DNA of 64,000 nucleotides from Azolla caroliniana (Eukaryota; Plantae; Polypodiophyta): contig JBHGNT010000005.1 in the NCBI GenBank assembly GCA_043228905.1, positions 8,246,001 through 8,310,000 on the forward strand, given 5' to 3'. A program made the position numbers and the translations under genes. This document shows, in pieces, positions 52,901 through 64,000 of the stretch; the first letter of the stretch is position 1, and every line of letters starts with the position of its first letter. Under the pieces are notes generated by a model that worked only from the letters and a program-made list of their open reading frames with translations, was not told the origin of the DNA and ran no database searches.

Positions 52901-54197
52901 TATGCATAGGTGCGAGCAGGTCGCGATAGTATTGTGTTGCCATATGCATAATCTCATCCTTGTCCTCCGTTATTGAGCCGTCTGGTTTGCGCAACCCTTG
53001 TATATGTCCACCACCACCCTTGGGTGCCCTGGAGTGAAAGAAATGACGGTTGACCTTGTCGTCTATTCTAGCCCACCATGCTGCGGTCCTTCGAAATAGC
53101 ATTCGGTTCTTCTCCAACGTCCTTTCCCGCAGCTTCAACTTTGCTTCCTCCAGCTTAGCTCTAGACCAATTGCAGCTAGGGTCTCCTTGTAGCAACCATT
53201 GCGCGGCCGCAACAGACTTCCGTAATTTTGTTTCAATGGCTCTAGCCTACTGGAGGGCCAACTTGGTTTCTTGTTGTAAAAAGGAGGAGGAGAGGGCCAG
53301 TTTCTTTTGCAAATCCTCACTGGCTGATTCACTTACAATGGTCTCCCGCCATATGCTATGTAACCCTGCTTTCACCTTTGCACTCTTCATGATCTTTATG
53401 GGGATTTTCACATTGAGACTCCCCTTGCTACTACGGGGTGGGTTAAGGTCTAGTCTCATTAGCTGGTGATTTGAGAAGGTAAGACCTGCCAAGATAGCGA
53501 TGGAGCCCCCCGGCTCTTCGAGGGACAAGTTGATGTATATGCGGTCTAGCCGTGCAAGACTACCATCCCTAGCATTCACGGTAGCTCGGGAGAAGTGTAG
53601 CGAATGTGAGCATCTCCTAAGGGAAGAGCCCCATGCATCCTTCACCCCAATTTTTCCAACTAAGAAAGCCCATGAGTCCAACTCCGCACCATGAAGCGGT
53701 CTTTGGGTCCCCCCTTTCCTATCTCCCAGATGCTCAGTCATGTTGAAATCTCCGGTCATTACCCACGGCTTTGCATCATGCAATGTTGTCGCTAACATCC
53801 TCCAAAAGATTGCTCTCTCGGGGGAAGAGTTAAGGGCATAAATGTTTAGCACCCCAATCTGAAGGCGATTCCATTTCAAACGCACATATAAGGCTCTACC
53901 CGCCACCAACGTGTCATGTGATGTTACTTCGTAACAGGCCTGCTCGCTAATCGAGATGCAAACCCCTCCTCTTCGGTGGAGGTCACCCTGTGCAGCCGAC
54001 CACCACGTGCTCCATCCACCCGACAAGGGGTTTACTAGGCTCTGAGTTCTCTCTTGAGAGAGGTGGTGTTCCTGCAAAAGCAATATGTCAATGTTGCCCC
54101 CGATATTAAGGGGATTCAACTCCTCCCGAAGTCTTTTGCACTCATGTTGTTGCCGACCTCCACCAAGGCCCTGCACATTCCACGTTAGGATCCTCAT
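49950..54197 (-). pseudogene. LINE ORF2 (AP endonuclease, reverse transcriptase, zf-RVT), disrupted
   Basis: APE: MRILTWNVQGL..LLLQEHH..GDFN..RLDRIY..FSNH. RT: LDFEKAYDRV, VRQGCPLSPYLY, EYADN. Zinc finger: CPLCHSPIETLRHCLW. Many stops and frameshifts. Confidence 0.92.
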
Positions 54198-54529
54198 CTG
54201 AAGGCGGTGAGGTTGACGCCCATTTCGGGGCCGACCCCCATGTCAAGGGGCAAACTATCATCTACTTCAGGGGGTAGGGACTCCACAATAGATTGGAGAG
54301 CCCCTAAGGGATTCCTAGCCTCTCGTTCCCGGCCCGCTTCAAATAGTTCTCGCGATACAGTTTGGCTCCTAAGCGGTTGCATATCCTGCACCCCTGTAGC
54401 CCAGAGAGATGTCGCCAAACCAGGTGATGGTCTGCCTATTTTGCCCTTGATCGTGCCCGTTCGGATCCACGACTTCACTAATTTGAGGTCACTACCACAT
54501 TCACATTGTCGTGCCTTTCGGCTCCGGAT

Positions 54530-55115
54530 CGTTACGTGAGTCGGGTGGGAACCACAGAGGTTTTGGACTAGGAGAAAGAAGAATATGAGATAAGGCTAGT
54601 AATGAATAGGTAGAAGAGAGGTAAGTTATGAATCTCGTGAATCCCATGAGTTTAGTGTATTTAATCAATATTTAGATAGTAAGAGACAATTTAGATGACA
54701 AATTCATGAATCCCAGGAATATATTATATTGGTCAATCCTTACAAAATAATCAACAACCAAATACATATTTCTCTCTTCCTTATATAGTGATGGAAGAAG
54801 CTAAGCATAGCATCATGCTTTCCCTAAAGTGTTCATGCACGCTAGGTGTGCATGAGTTGCCTCCTCTCAACCATGCTTTCCATTTCCTAAATATAGTGTT
54901 CATGCACGCTAAGCATGCATGAGTAACTTTTCTTTTGTTTGCTTGTTTCTTCTAGATAAAGTTTTCACCCACTCTAAAAGTGCATGATCTGCCTTATTGT
55001 AAAAGTAGGCGTAAATATAAGTCATATATCACTTATGATAAGTTATTACAATAGTAAAGTTTGGGTTTATTTACATGGAGGTACAAGGTTCGAATCCTGC
55101 CCTATGCATGTAACA
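54530..55115 (-). mobile_element. Solo LTR-like insertion in LINE ORF1
   Basis: AT-rich block interrupting GC-richer ORF1. Ends (C)GTTAC..GTAACA. Only a partial TSD (ATC / ATCTT). Carries the B-box-like GGTTCGAATCC near 55087. Confidence 0.65.
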
Positions 55116-56559
55116 ATCTTTTCTTCTATTTACAAATTTGTCTCTTCATTCGGTGAGAGACTCTCACCGGCCTTCTTTATCCGGCTCTTGCTGGTTCTGC
55201 TTGATCCGGTTCATACCGGGTCCTCCTTGCTGGTTCCTCCTTCATCCGGTTCTCACCGGTTCTACTTACTGGGTCCTCCTTGTCCCATCCGGAGGGACCA
55301 AAATGCAAATTTCACGTAGTGTGCGAATTACACTACGACAACATTCCATCATGAGGGGGGCCTTTGTCAACATCTTCTCTGGGGTGGATGGTACCTGTTG
55401 TGGTTGCATCTCCATTGGGGTGGAAAACACGAGCTTGGGGGACAAGGATTCGTATGGGGACAATATTGCTGCCAACGCTTCTGGGTCGCCATCCCCTAGC
55501 CCTTGGAGCAATTTAAATCTGTTGGATGCTCTCACCTGTAGGTTGTGCGTCTCCGCACTCCCTGAGAGGATCTTCACCTGTTTCAAGGGTTATTTGTCCA
55601 CACTTGCTGGTGACAAGGTAGGAGAACTTCTTTCTACGGGACAGTCTTGAAAGAGGGGGGGAGAGGTTGCACCTAGGCTTCGAAGTTCCCCCTGCTTCTT
55701 AACAGGGTGCCAAGGAGCCTCGCTGCCCTTGGGTGGCACGGCCTTCCCTAAGGTTCGAGGTTCGAGGTTCCGAGTTTCCCTTTCCAGTCTTTCGGTTTGA
55801 AAATGAAACACTACCTAGGGAATCCCTCATATACCACATTCGCCATTGTGAGACCTAGCTCCTCAGAGTAGAGCCTAATTCTTGATGGAAGTCCATGGAG
55901 GGAAGGCACTAAGATGTGTGGCTTGGGCACCTCCGCTACTCTATCTGCCATGGACATTTTTTTAGGGCAAATCGTCCCTATTTGTTCGCCAAAAAAAGGA
56001 AGCAGATGGCACAAGTGGGGAGCGAGGCCAGGAAATATTGCGGTGATCACCCTAGGATTGTTAAGTTTCCGCAACTCAATTGGATTGAACCCTGGTGACC
56101 ACGGCTGGAGCAGCACCTTACCGTACTTCAATTCAAGAATCTTGAGCTCTACCAATGGTTGCGCTAGCGCGCCATCACCCAATTCAATGTGGACGAAATT
56201 TTTCCTCAAACCCCGGAGGCTCTTGATCGGCGGCATGTTTTCCATCATAGCCACTTGGAGCATGTCCCAAACCATGCCACAACTTGGTCTACTTGTAAGG
56301 AACCTACATACAAAGGAAGTACAACGTAGGCGTTCGATTTTCTCCGCTAAGAGCCGATTGGCCTCTGGGGACAAGATGATGTCAAGATTGTTCCTCCTTC
56401 TTCATTTAGCACAATGGGTTCTGTTGGAAGTTCAGTTTCTCCCACCATTGCACACTATGGTTCTGTTTTTTGGTTTCCCCCCCTTCCCTTTTGTCGTGTT
56501 TCATTTTCCTTCTTCTTCTTCTTTTTCCCCTTATTTATTTATTTATTTATTTAAATAGA

Positions 56560-56598
<39 letters not shown>

Positions 56599-56674
56599 TT
56601 TTCCATTTATTAAATTTTTTTTAAATTAATTAATTAATTAATTATTTTAAATATTATAAATATAAAGCACTTCT

Positions 56675-56790
56675 CGAACCCACTCTTCGAACCCACTCTT
56701 CAAACCCACTCCTCGAACCCACTCCTCTAACCCACTCTTCGAAAGCACTGCTCAAACCCACTTCTCGAACCCACTCCTCGAACCCATTTT
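56675..56790. repeat. ~13-bp tandem repeat (CGAACCCACTCYT)n
   Basis: About 8 imperfect copies near the presumed LINE 5' end. Confidence 0.8.
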
Positions 56791-57924
56791 CCCTTCACCT
56801 TGAAAGGAGCTAACTTGAAGGCCATGTTTTCTAGGTAGTTTTCATAATGTTCGACAATTCTTCTAGTAGCAATAAGAATGAAAGAAGTGCTTATTTCTTC
56901 CATACAAGCAATACTCAATGTTAAGACTCAAGAGTTCTAGGTGAGTTAGTTCATTAGGTTGGACTAATATGAAAATAAGGATGTCTTTCACTAAGACAAC
57001 TCTTTGAAACTTTCTAAAGTGTTATGGTTTCCTCTCCTTAGTTTTGTTGTCCTTATGTGGTGGGTCTTAAAGCAAGAAAATTGACTAAATATCCAATTTT
57101 TAATAGTTAGTGAATCTAAGAAAAGACATAGCAAGAGTTAAAAGCTAATGTAAATATAGCAATAGCAAAGGCTATTCATTTAAATAAAAAGGTAAAAGAT
57201 TCAAATTTTGTTAGGAATGTAAAAGGTAAAGAATATTTATTTGATAAACTATAAAAGAGAACAGGGCCACAAGGCCAAATACATAATACACGAAGGGAAA
57301 TGATGTTATAAAAAGAAAGCAAACTCTATTTTAGGCAAAAGCAAGAAGAAGTGAAAAACACCTAACTTGATATGTGGGAATGTTTTTTTTTTATCCTTAT
57401 TATGTGGGCATTTTTTTCTAGTGGGTGGGAGAGGGGATATTTATTCTTTTTTATCTTCTTCTTCTGTTTAAAGTTTTGGGAGATTATTCTCTCTTGTGAT
57501 CAAGTTTTAGGGTTTCTTATTATTCTTCCTTGGTAGAGGATGAGGGTTTTCTCTACCTCTTCCCTTTAGTCATTAGGAGTGGTTGGGATTTGGGTTTCCT
57601 TAGTTCTAGTGTTTTGATAAGTTCTCCTCGTGAGTAGTATGAGAAATTCTTCTCCTTGTTGAATGGTGGTGTGCATATTCTCTCTTCTTTTTTTATACTG
57701 TGGATTTGTTGTAAAATTGAAGGTTTGGTCTTTCTTCTTTTGGGTGGTTCAAGCCAAAATGATTGTATGAGGGACCTACGAGAACAAAAGACAATGTAAC
57801 TTGTTACGAGCATAACTATAATCATAGTTCTCTAAACTTTGGTAGAGATGTAGGCTAATTCATAAGGAAGGAAGGATGAGGATTGAGTTATTCCAATCCT
57901 ATGGTGGGAGATAACTTTAGAGTG

Positions 57925-58390
57925 TTTTTTTTTTTTTCCCAAAATGATTTCCTTCATTAGTATTAAGAAAAAACGTCGTAAGGCTACAAACTGTACAATT
58001 AGAGAGTGTTATATACAAAAAGGATAATCAGGGGAAGGGCCAGGGATGATGAAATTTCCAGATAGGTCCTTGAGAGGAGACCGTGAATAGAGGCAACTTC
58101 CTCCATAACTGCAATAATTTTTTCCTTTTCTTAAGAACAACCTCCGAAGGGCCCGACATATTGTCATATTGCCCACGCACTACCGCCAATAAGTTGTCCC
58201 TTAATTCTAGCAATATATCTGAGAGAAGGGGAATTATAGAATCATATCGTCTTTTACACCGATACTTCCATAAGGTCCATAATGTAACCGTGGATACTGT
58301 TTTCCATACATGGACTGCAGGCATTTGCTTTCGAGGTTGCTGAAAAGGGGAGACAGATATTAGATGCCTGTTGACGATTGTCTTAGCCTC
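57925..58390 (-). mobile_element. 5'-truncated LINE 3' fragment with poly(A) tail and TSD
   Basis: Poly(T) from 57925, ORF piece LWTLWKYRC..VRGQYD..PIWKFH, TSD TAGAGTG(TTT) at 57918 and 58391. Confidence 0.85.
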
Positions 58391-59449
58391 TAGAGTGTTT
58401 CACCACTTGGCCAGTTATAATAATACAACCAAGTGTGAACACACAAGGGCCTAGAGTTTGAGCTTATATAAGAAGACTAATTGCCTTCATGAAGGGGCCC
58501 GTCTTTATTATTTTTGATAAAGACTTTGATAGTGTGGTGAACCTCTAACTTCATACAAATGGGTCTCCTTCAAACCCAAGGTACAATGCATGTCTATACT
58601 TAATAGTATGAGACATCGACGAGGGACTCATATTTGTCTCTCATTTTTTCTATGGGGTGGTCGGGTGGACTAACACATGATCAATGTTAATTAAGATTCT
58701 TGTAGTTGGTATGAACACATGATCAATGTTTTCTTTTGTTGGCTTGCTTTTTTATATTTTCCTTAATCTAGGAGAGCCTAACAGAGTGCGTTTTATCGAT
58801 CCAAGGGCAAGCAACTCGAGAACTTTGGTATCCTCAGTTTCTCTCTCTTATTCCAATTATGTTAAGATTTTTTTAGTCTATAGGGAATAAGGTGTTCAAT
58901 TTGTCAATCTGTGTGTGTTTGATGTGTTTGTCAATATACACATGAGATTTTTGTTGAATGATGTTTGTTGAAGCTTGTCCATCACTAAATTATGAGTCTT
59001 TAATTGTTATCAATTGTTTGCTTCAAACATTTGAATGGTGCAAATCAATGACAAGACATGGCATGTGGCACTACGCTAATGGCGCTAACCACCACATCCA
59101 CTACTATACCTATTGAGGTGTATTTGCACCAAATACAATATCTCCTCAATTCCATCTTGATTGAGCTTTCTAAAATTCGGAAATCTCATGGAGCTCTCGA
59201 GTGTTGAACATGCGAATGAATTCTTCCTTGAAAGAGGAAGAATAAGGGAAACCACATTCCATGACAGAGATGATAAGAAGGAACAAACTAAACAAGCTAT
59301 TAGTACACGTCTTGGCCGTTGGAAGTTTCATGCCATATTATATGACAAGATTGCCCATGTCAATCATATGATCAAACATTTGTATGGAGGTGTTGGCTGT
59401 CATGAATGCATGACCATTATGGCGTCACCTAAACTTGCACTTAGGACCT

Positions 59450-62400
59450 TGTAATCCATACTTGAAAACCCCAACCATTAAGATAGCTTATTTTCATATG
59501 AGAGGATAAAAGCTACTTTTTGTACTATATTGATTATTGTAAAAACTCTGGATCATTCTAGAATGTTCTAGAATGTCCTAGAACATCTTAGAATATTCTA
59601 GGTCTAGAACATTCTAGAACATTATAAAAATCTCTAGCCTATTCTATAAGAACCTATAAATAGAGACATACATGTCTTCTCAAATCAATTCGAATCAAAC
59701 TTTCAGAACCAAGAATAAAAGATAGAGTGATGGTAGAAGGATATAAGAGAACATGAGAAGAAAGGAACAATATGATAAGAGAAGAATGGGTGTATTCAGA
59801 TAGAAAGAGAAAGAGAATGGATACAAAATAGGCAATGAGAGCTAAAGACTGAATTCCCAAAAACTATCAAGAATATGTTGATGTTTTCGACAAAGTCAAA
59901 GCTAGTTTACTTCCAAAGCATCGGCCGTACACATATCCCATTGACCTCCAATTAGGAAAGGAGCCACCGTGGGGTCCGATTTACAATTTGACACCAACTG
60001 AGCTTGAGGTTCTTTGAGAATACATTGAGGAGAACCTTGCACATGGGTTTATTCGACATTCAAAGTCTCCATCTGGTGCTCCTATCTTTTTTGTGAAGAA
60101 AAAGGACGACTCGCTTCATTTGGTCGTGGACTATCGAGGCTTAAATAAAGTCACCATAAGAAATAGGTATGCTCTACCTTTAATCTCCAGTCTTTTAGAG
60201 CGCATTGGTGGGACAAAGCTTTTTACCAAAATTGATCTAAGGGATGCGTATAATCTTGTTCGAATTCGATAGGGAGATGAGTGAAAAATTGCATTTCGCA
60301 CTCAATATGGTCATTTTGAGTATATACAGTCATGGCTTTCAGGCTCACAAATGCACCCACAGTTTTTCAACATATGGCAAATGACATTTTCCGGGATTTC
60401 TTGGATATCTTTCTCACATTAACTTAGATGATCTATTGATTTACTCAAAAACACACGAGGAGCATGATGCACATGTGCGGAAAGTACTTGAACGACTAAG
60501 AAAGTATGGTCTTTATGCCAAACTTGAGAATTGTAGTTTTGATTTCAAACAAGTCGAATTTTTGGGATGTACACTATTTCATCCAAGGGTATTTTCATGG
60601 ATCCAACAAAAGTCCAAACAATATTGGAATGGCAACCCCCATGTTCAGTTCGGGACGTTCAATGTTTCCTCGGATTTGCCAACTTCTATCGCAAATTCAT
60701 ATGCAATTATTCAAGCATTGTGTGGCCCCTCACCCAACTCACCAAGAAAAATCAATCATTGGTTTGGACTATCGAAGCGGACAAGGAATTTACTCAGCTG
60801 AAAGAGGCATTCACATAAGCTCCTATCCTAGCTCATATGGATCCCGAAAAGCCATTTACCATTGAGGCGGATGTGTCAGACTTCGCATTGGGGAGTATCC
60901 TATCGCAACTAGGTGAGGATGGGCAGTCCCATTCTGTTGCGTTTCACTCAAGAAAATTTATTGTTGCAGAGGTAAACTATGAGGTGCATGACAAGGAGTT
61001 ACTAGATGTGATCGACTCTTTCAAGCAAGGGCGACATTTCTTAGAAGGATCGCCTCATCAGATCATCATTTATAGTGATCACAAAAATCTTACATATTTT
61101 CAAATAACTCGAGTCTTAAATAGGTGACAAACTCGGTGGGCCCAATTTCTAACTCGTTTTGATTTCAAGATCATTTTTTGCCTAGGAAAAAAACAAGGGA
61201 AAGCATATGCTTTGTCTCAGCGTTCATATCTGGCACTTCAACCTGGAGATCCGGCCTTCGACAATCAAAAGTAGATTGTCCTCGGACCATCAAAGCTACA
61301 AGTAGCAACAATTTATGCCACACCACTTGATTCAAGCCTTCTTGATACTATTCGGCAACAACTTCACTATAATAATTTAGCTAAGGATGTCTTAGCCAAC
61401 ATTGGTTCAAGCCATGCATCTTGCTCCACATTGCAAGGGTCAGCTCAACACTATCAGGACTTCAAGTGGCAAGATGGCCTACCCTTCTACAAGAATCTCC
61501 TTGATGCACACGACGAATCACCCCGACTTCTAGTGTTAGAACACTGTCCTGATGCCCCTATGGCTGGACATTTTGGTCCGTTGATACTAGTTTAATTGTA
61601 GTGGATCGGTTTACCAAGATGGCACATTTTTTGCCATGTGTAAAGAGCATCAGTAGTCAAGAAACCACATATCTCATTATGCGTGAAGTGTTTCGCCATC
61701 ATGGTCTTACAAACGATATAATTAGCGATCATGGTGAGGACCGCACATGGTCGCTCATGCCCGTTGGTGTTCGTGTCTCCGGTGAGGACCACACATGGTC
61801 ACTCACGTCCGTTGGTGTTCCAGTCTCCGGTGAGCACCGCACATGGTCGCTCATATCCGTTGGTGTTCTAGTTCCCGGTGAGGACCGCACATGGTCACTC
61901 ATGCCCGTTGGTGTTCTTGTCTTTGGTAAGGACCGCACATGGTCGCTCACATTCACGTTGGTGTTCCAGTCTAAGGTGAGGACCGTACATGGTCGCTCAC
62001 ACTCATGTTAGTGTTTCAGTCTCCGGTGAGGACCGCACATGGTCTCTCACACTCACGTTGGTGTTCCAATCTTCGATGAGGACCGAACATGGTTGCTCAC
62101 ACTCACGTTGGTGTCCAGTATCCGGTGAGAACCACACATGGTTGCCCGCGTTCACCCGTGCTCCTATTTCTAGTGAGGAATGTTCATGGTCCTCAATTTA
62201 TCTCTCACTTTTGGAAGCACCTATGGGTAGGCCTCAAAATCTCATGCAAACTCTCTTCGTCTTATCATCCACAAACTAACGAACAAACAAAGCACACAAA
62301 TCAAACGCTCGAGCAGTATCTTCGATGCTTCATCAGTTATCACAAGATGATTGGAGTAATATTTTACGTCTTGTTGAGTTTGCATATAACAACACGGTAC

Positions 62401-62695
62401 ACTCTTCTACCAAAGTTACAACTTTATTTGCCTACACCGGAAACCACTCTTGATGGTGTATCTTGGATCTTCCCAAGGTGTCACAAAACCCTAGTGCAGC
62501 GCATCACCTCCACCGACTATAACAAATCCAGTTTGAGTTATGTTCACATCTTTAGAAAGCTCAAGCACACCATAAGACCAATGTAGATCGGCATCATCTT
62601 AAGTCTCCTTTTAAGGTTGGTGATCGAGTATGGTTGCTTCGTCATCACATCAAGAATACCAGACCGTGTGCTAAGCTCGATTATCAATGCTTAGG
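59450..62695 (+). mobile_element. Degenerate Ty3/Gypsy retrotransposon (chromovirus, Tcn1-like), with an LTR-like remnant at ~59450-59710
   Basis: RT-RH-IN order: [43 protein letters not shown]; RNase H IEADVSDFALG..NYEVHDKELL..SDHKNL; IN DRFTKMAHF..ISDHG..YHPQTN. CTAGAA repeats and TATAAATA upstream. The clade call is from motif recognition only. Confidence 0.85.
61733..62190. repeat. 48-50-bp minisatellite (~9.5 units) inserted in the Gypsy integrase
   Basis: Unit GGTGAGGACCGCACATGGTCRCTCA(TGC/CACT)..CGTTGGTGTTC..TCTCC starts at 61733, 61781, 61829, 61877, 61925, 61975, 62025, 62075, 62124 and ~62172. Confidence 0.92.
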
Positions 62696-63206
62696 TGTCA
62701 TAGACATGACAACAAGATTTGAACTCTTGACCTCTTATATATAGTCAAGTGTTGTGCTCTAACCAACACATCCAAATATATGGTCATGTTATGTATATCT
62801 TAGTAGATTATTAGTAGATTATCTATTTCAAGTTCTAGGAGTTTTTAGAAAGTTCTAGAACTAGAAGGTTCTAGAGGGTTCTAGAATATTCCCCCGAATA
62901 TTCTAATGCATGTACTTCGACTCACAGTATAAATACTTGTAACCTCCTTGGTTCCTTTCAAGGGATTCAACACCAGACACTGACATGTCAATCTAGTATT
63001 CTTGTTTAGCCCCATCTTCTCTCCTTGATTTACATCTCTGTCTTTATGCTCTTGTATTGTTCCTAGCATCTTAAGTTCCTCATCTCATTGCTCCCAACTC
63101 CCCGAGTTTCTATCCCCATCACTTCGAGTTCCACGTTTGTAACCTTATCGGTTGTAGCCTCGTCATTTGTACTTTGTCGTAGTCTAGGGTTGGTGTGTCC
63201 GTCACA
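62696..63206 (+). mobile_element. LTR (TGTCATA...GTCACA) abutting the truncated Gypsy integrase
   Basis: TG..CA termini, CTAGAA repeats, TATAAATACTTG and a pyrimidine-rich R/U5. No matching TSD and no PPT seen. Confidence 0.65.
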
Positions 63207-63300
63207 GTTTGAATCCCTTCCAACTAGAAGCATTACCCATCTTCGTCATCTCCTGTGCTTCTAGAGTTATCATCGTTACTGTCATTGGTTCTAGAGTTAC

Positions 63301-63348
63301 TGTCGTGAATTGAGAATAGGAGAGAGAAAAATAAGATGACAGTAGAAG

Positions 63349-63409
<61 letters not shown>

Positions 63410-63809
63410 ACACTAGAAATGGAAAGAGAGTTTATATTATAAGAGAGCAAGGATTACAAAGAGTAGGCTAAGGGGCTACAAACTGGTGTTGAACCGAATG
63501 AGTTGTGATGAATGAATAGACACCTATTTATAGGTCCTTATGGAGTATTCTAGAATGTTCTAGAATATTTTAGATATTTATGATATTTAATATAATCATG
63601 GAATATCCTAGAATGTTCTAGAATACTCTAGATTGTTCTTGAATACTCTAGAATGTTCTAGAATACTCTAAATGTCTTGTAATAACTAATAATACATTTA
63701 TTATAACTATACATCATATATGTTAGTATAATGGTTAAAGGTCTAACATATAGACCAAGACGTTTTGGGCTTGAATCCTTGAAAGGCCAAAATGTATGTC
63801 GTCATGACA
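63301..63809 (-). mobile_element. Solo LTR with near-perfect 5-bp TSD
   Basis: Termini TGTCGTGA..TCATGACA, flanks GTTAC/TTTAC, TTCTAGAA repeats, TATTTATA (TATA on the - strand) and a long (GA)n tract. Confidence 0.75.
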
Positions 63810-63829
63810 TTTACCATCATCAACATCCC

Positions 63830-64000
63830 TTCGTTTTCTATCTTCCTCGCCATCTCTATCTCTTAGTTTCTTTTTATCATCGTCTTTGTCTTTTCTCTCC
63901 TAGTTTCTTCTCATCATCATCTCTATCTCCTAGTTTTTTCTCATCCTTCACATTTCTATCTCCTAGTTTCTTCTCATCATCATCATCTCTATCTCTGCAC
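63830..64000. repeat. Degenerate tandem repeat (TCCTAGTTTCTTCTCATCATCATCTCTATC)n
   Basis: About 4-5 imperfect ~30-bp units running to the window end. Confidence 0.7.

Larger units (their letters stand above)
49689..56500 (-). mobile_element. Near full-length degenerate LINE (L1-like): ORF1 plus ORF2 (APE-RT-zinc finger)
   Basis: T-rich tail ~49689-49704, ORF2 fragments, and ORF1 fragments at 54194-54478, 55266-55586 and 55811-56374. The 5' boundary is approximate. Confidence 0.9.

Noticed and set aside
61733-62190. CRISPR-like array with palindromic repeats
   Set aside because: The inter-repeat segments are homologous to each other rather than unique spacers, there are no cas genes, and the context is a eukaryotic retroelement. 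It is a minisatellite.
63715-63790. Functional tRNA genes (also ~34650-34711, ~55050-55100, ~62718-62770)
   Set aside because: Only degenerate A/B boxes are visible; no complete cloverleaf or acceptor stem could be drawn, and all lie inside LTR-like sequence.

Overview
Land-plant nuclear DNA, transposon-rich and AT-rich, with GA/CA microsatellites and short GT-AG introns. A non-seed plant such as a fern is plausible but is inference only. Four apparently intact host genes are present: a PLS-class PPR protein (+), an ADP-glucose pyrophosphorylase large subunit (-), importin alpha (-) and a DREB-type AP2/ERF factor (-). They lie among two nested Ty1/Copia elements, a degenerate Ty3/Gypsy element, several LINE copies (three with clear TSDs), solo LTRs and a hAT-like MITE. 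The most notable signal, not visible as one ORF, is a decayed intron-containing gene at 7648-10813. It joins a ParB/Srx-like domain to a prokaryote-type beta-class (N4-C/N6-A) DNA amino-methyltransferase (motifs DIPYG, WxKxN, NPYQKP, DLFYG^TGT, where ^ marks an intron splitting the next Gly codon region). Secondary signals are tRNA-like A/B-box cassettes antisense at the start of four LTRs, a ~400-bp LTR foldback, a hairpin minisatellite inside an integrase motif, and a Met/His/Asp repeat in the DREB protein. Coordinates were read by eye and may be off by a few bases; no database searches were run.
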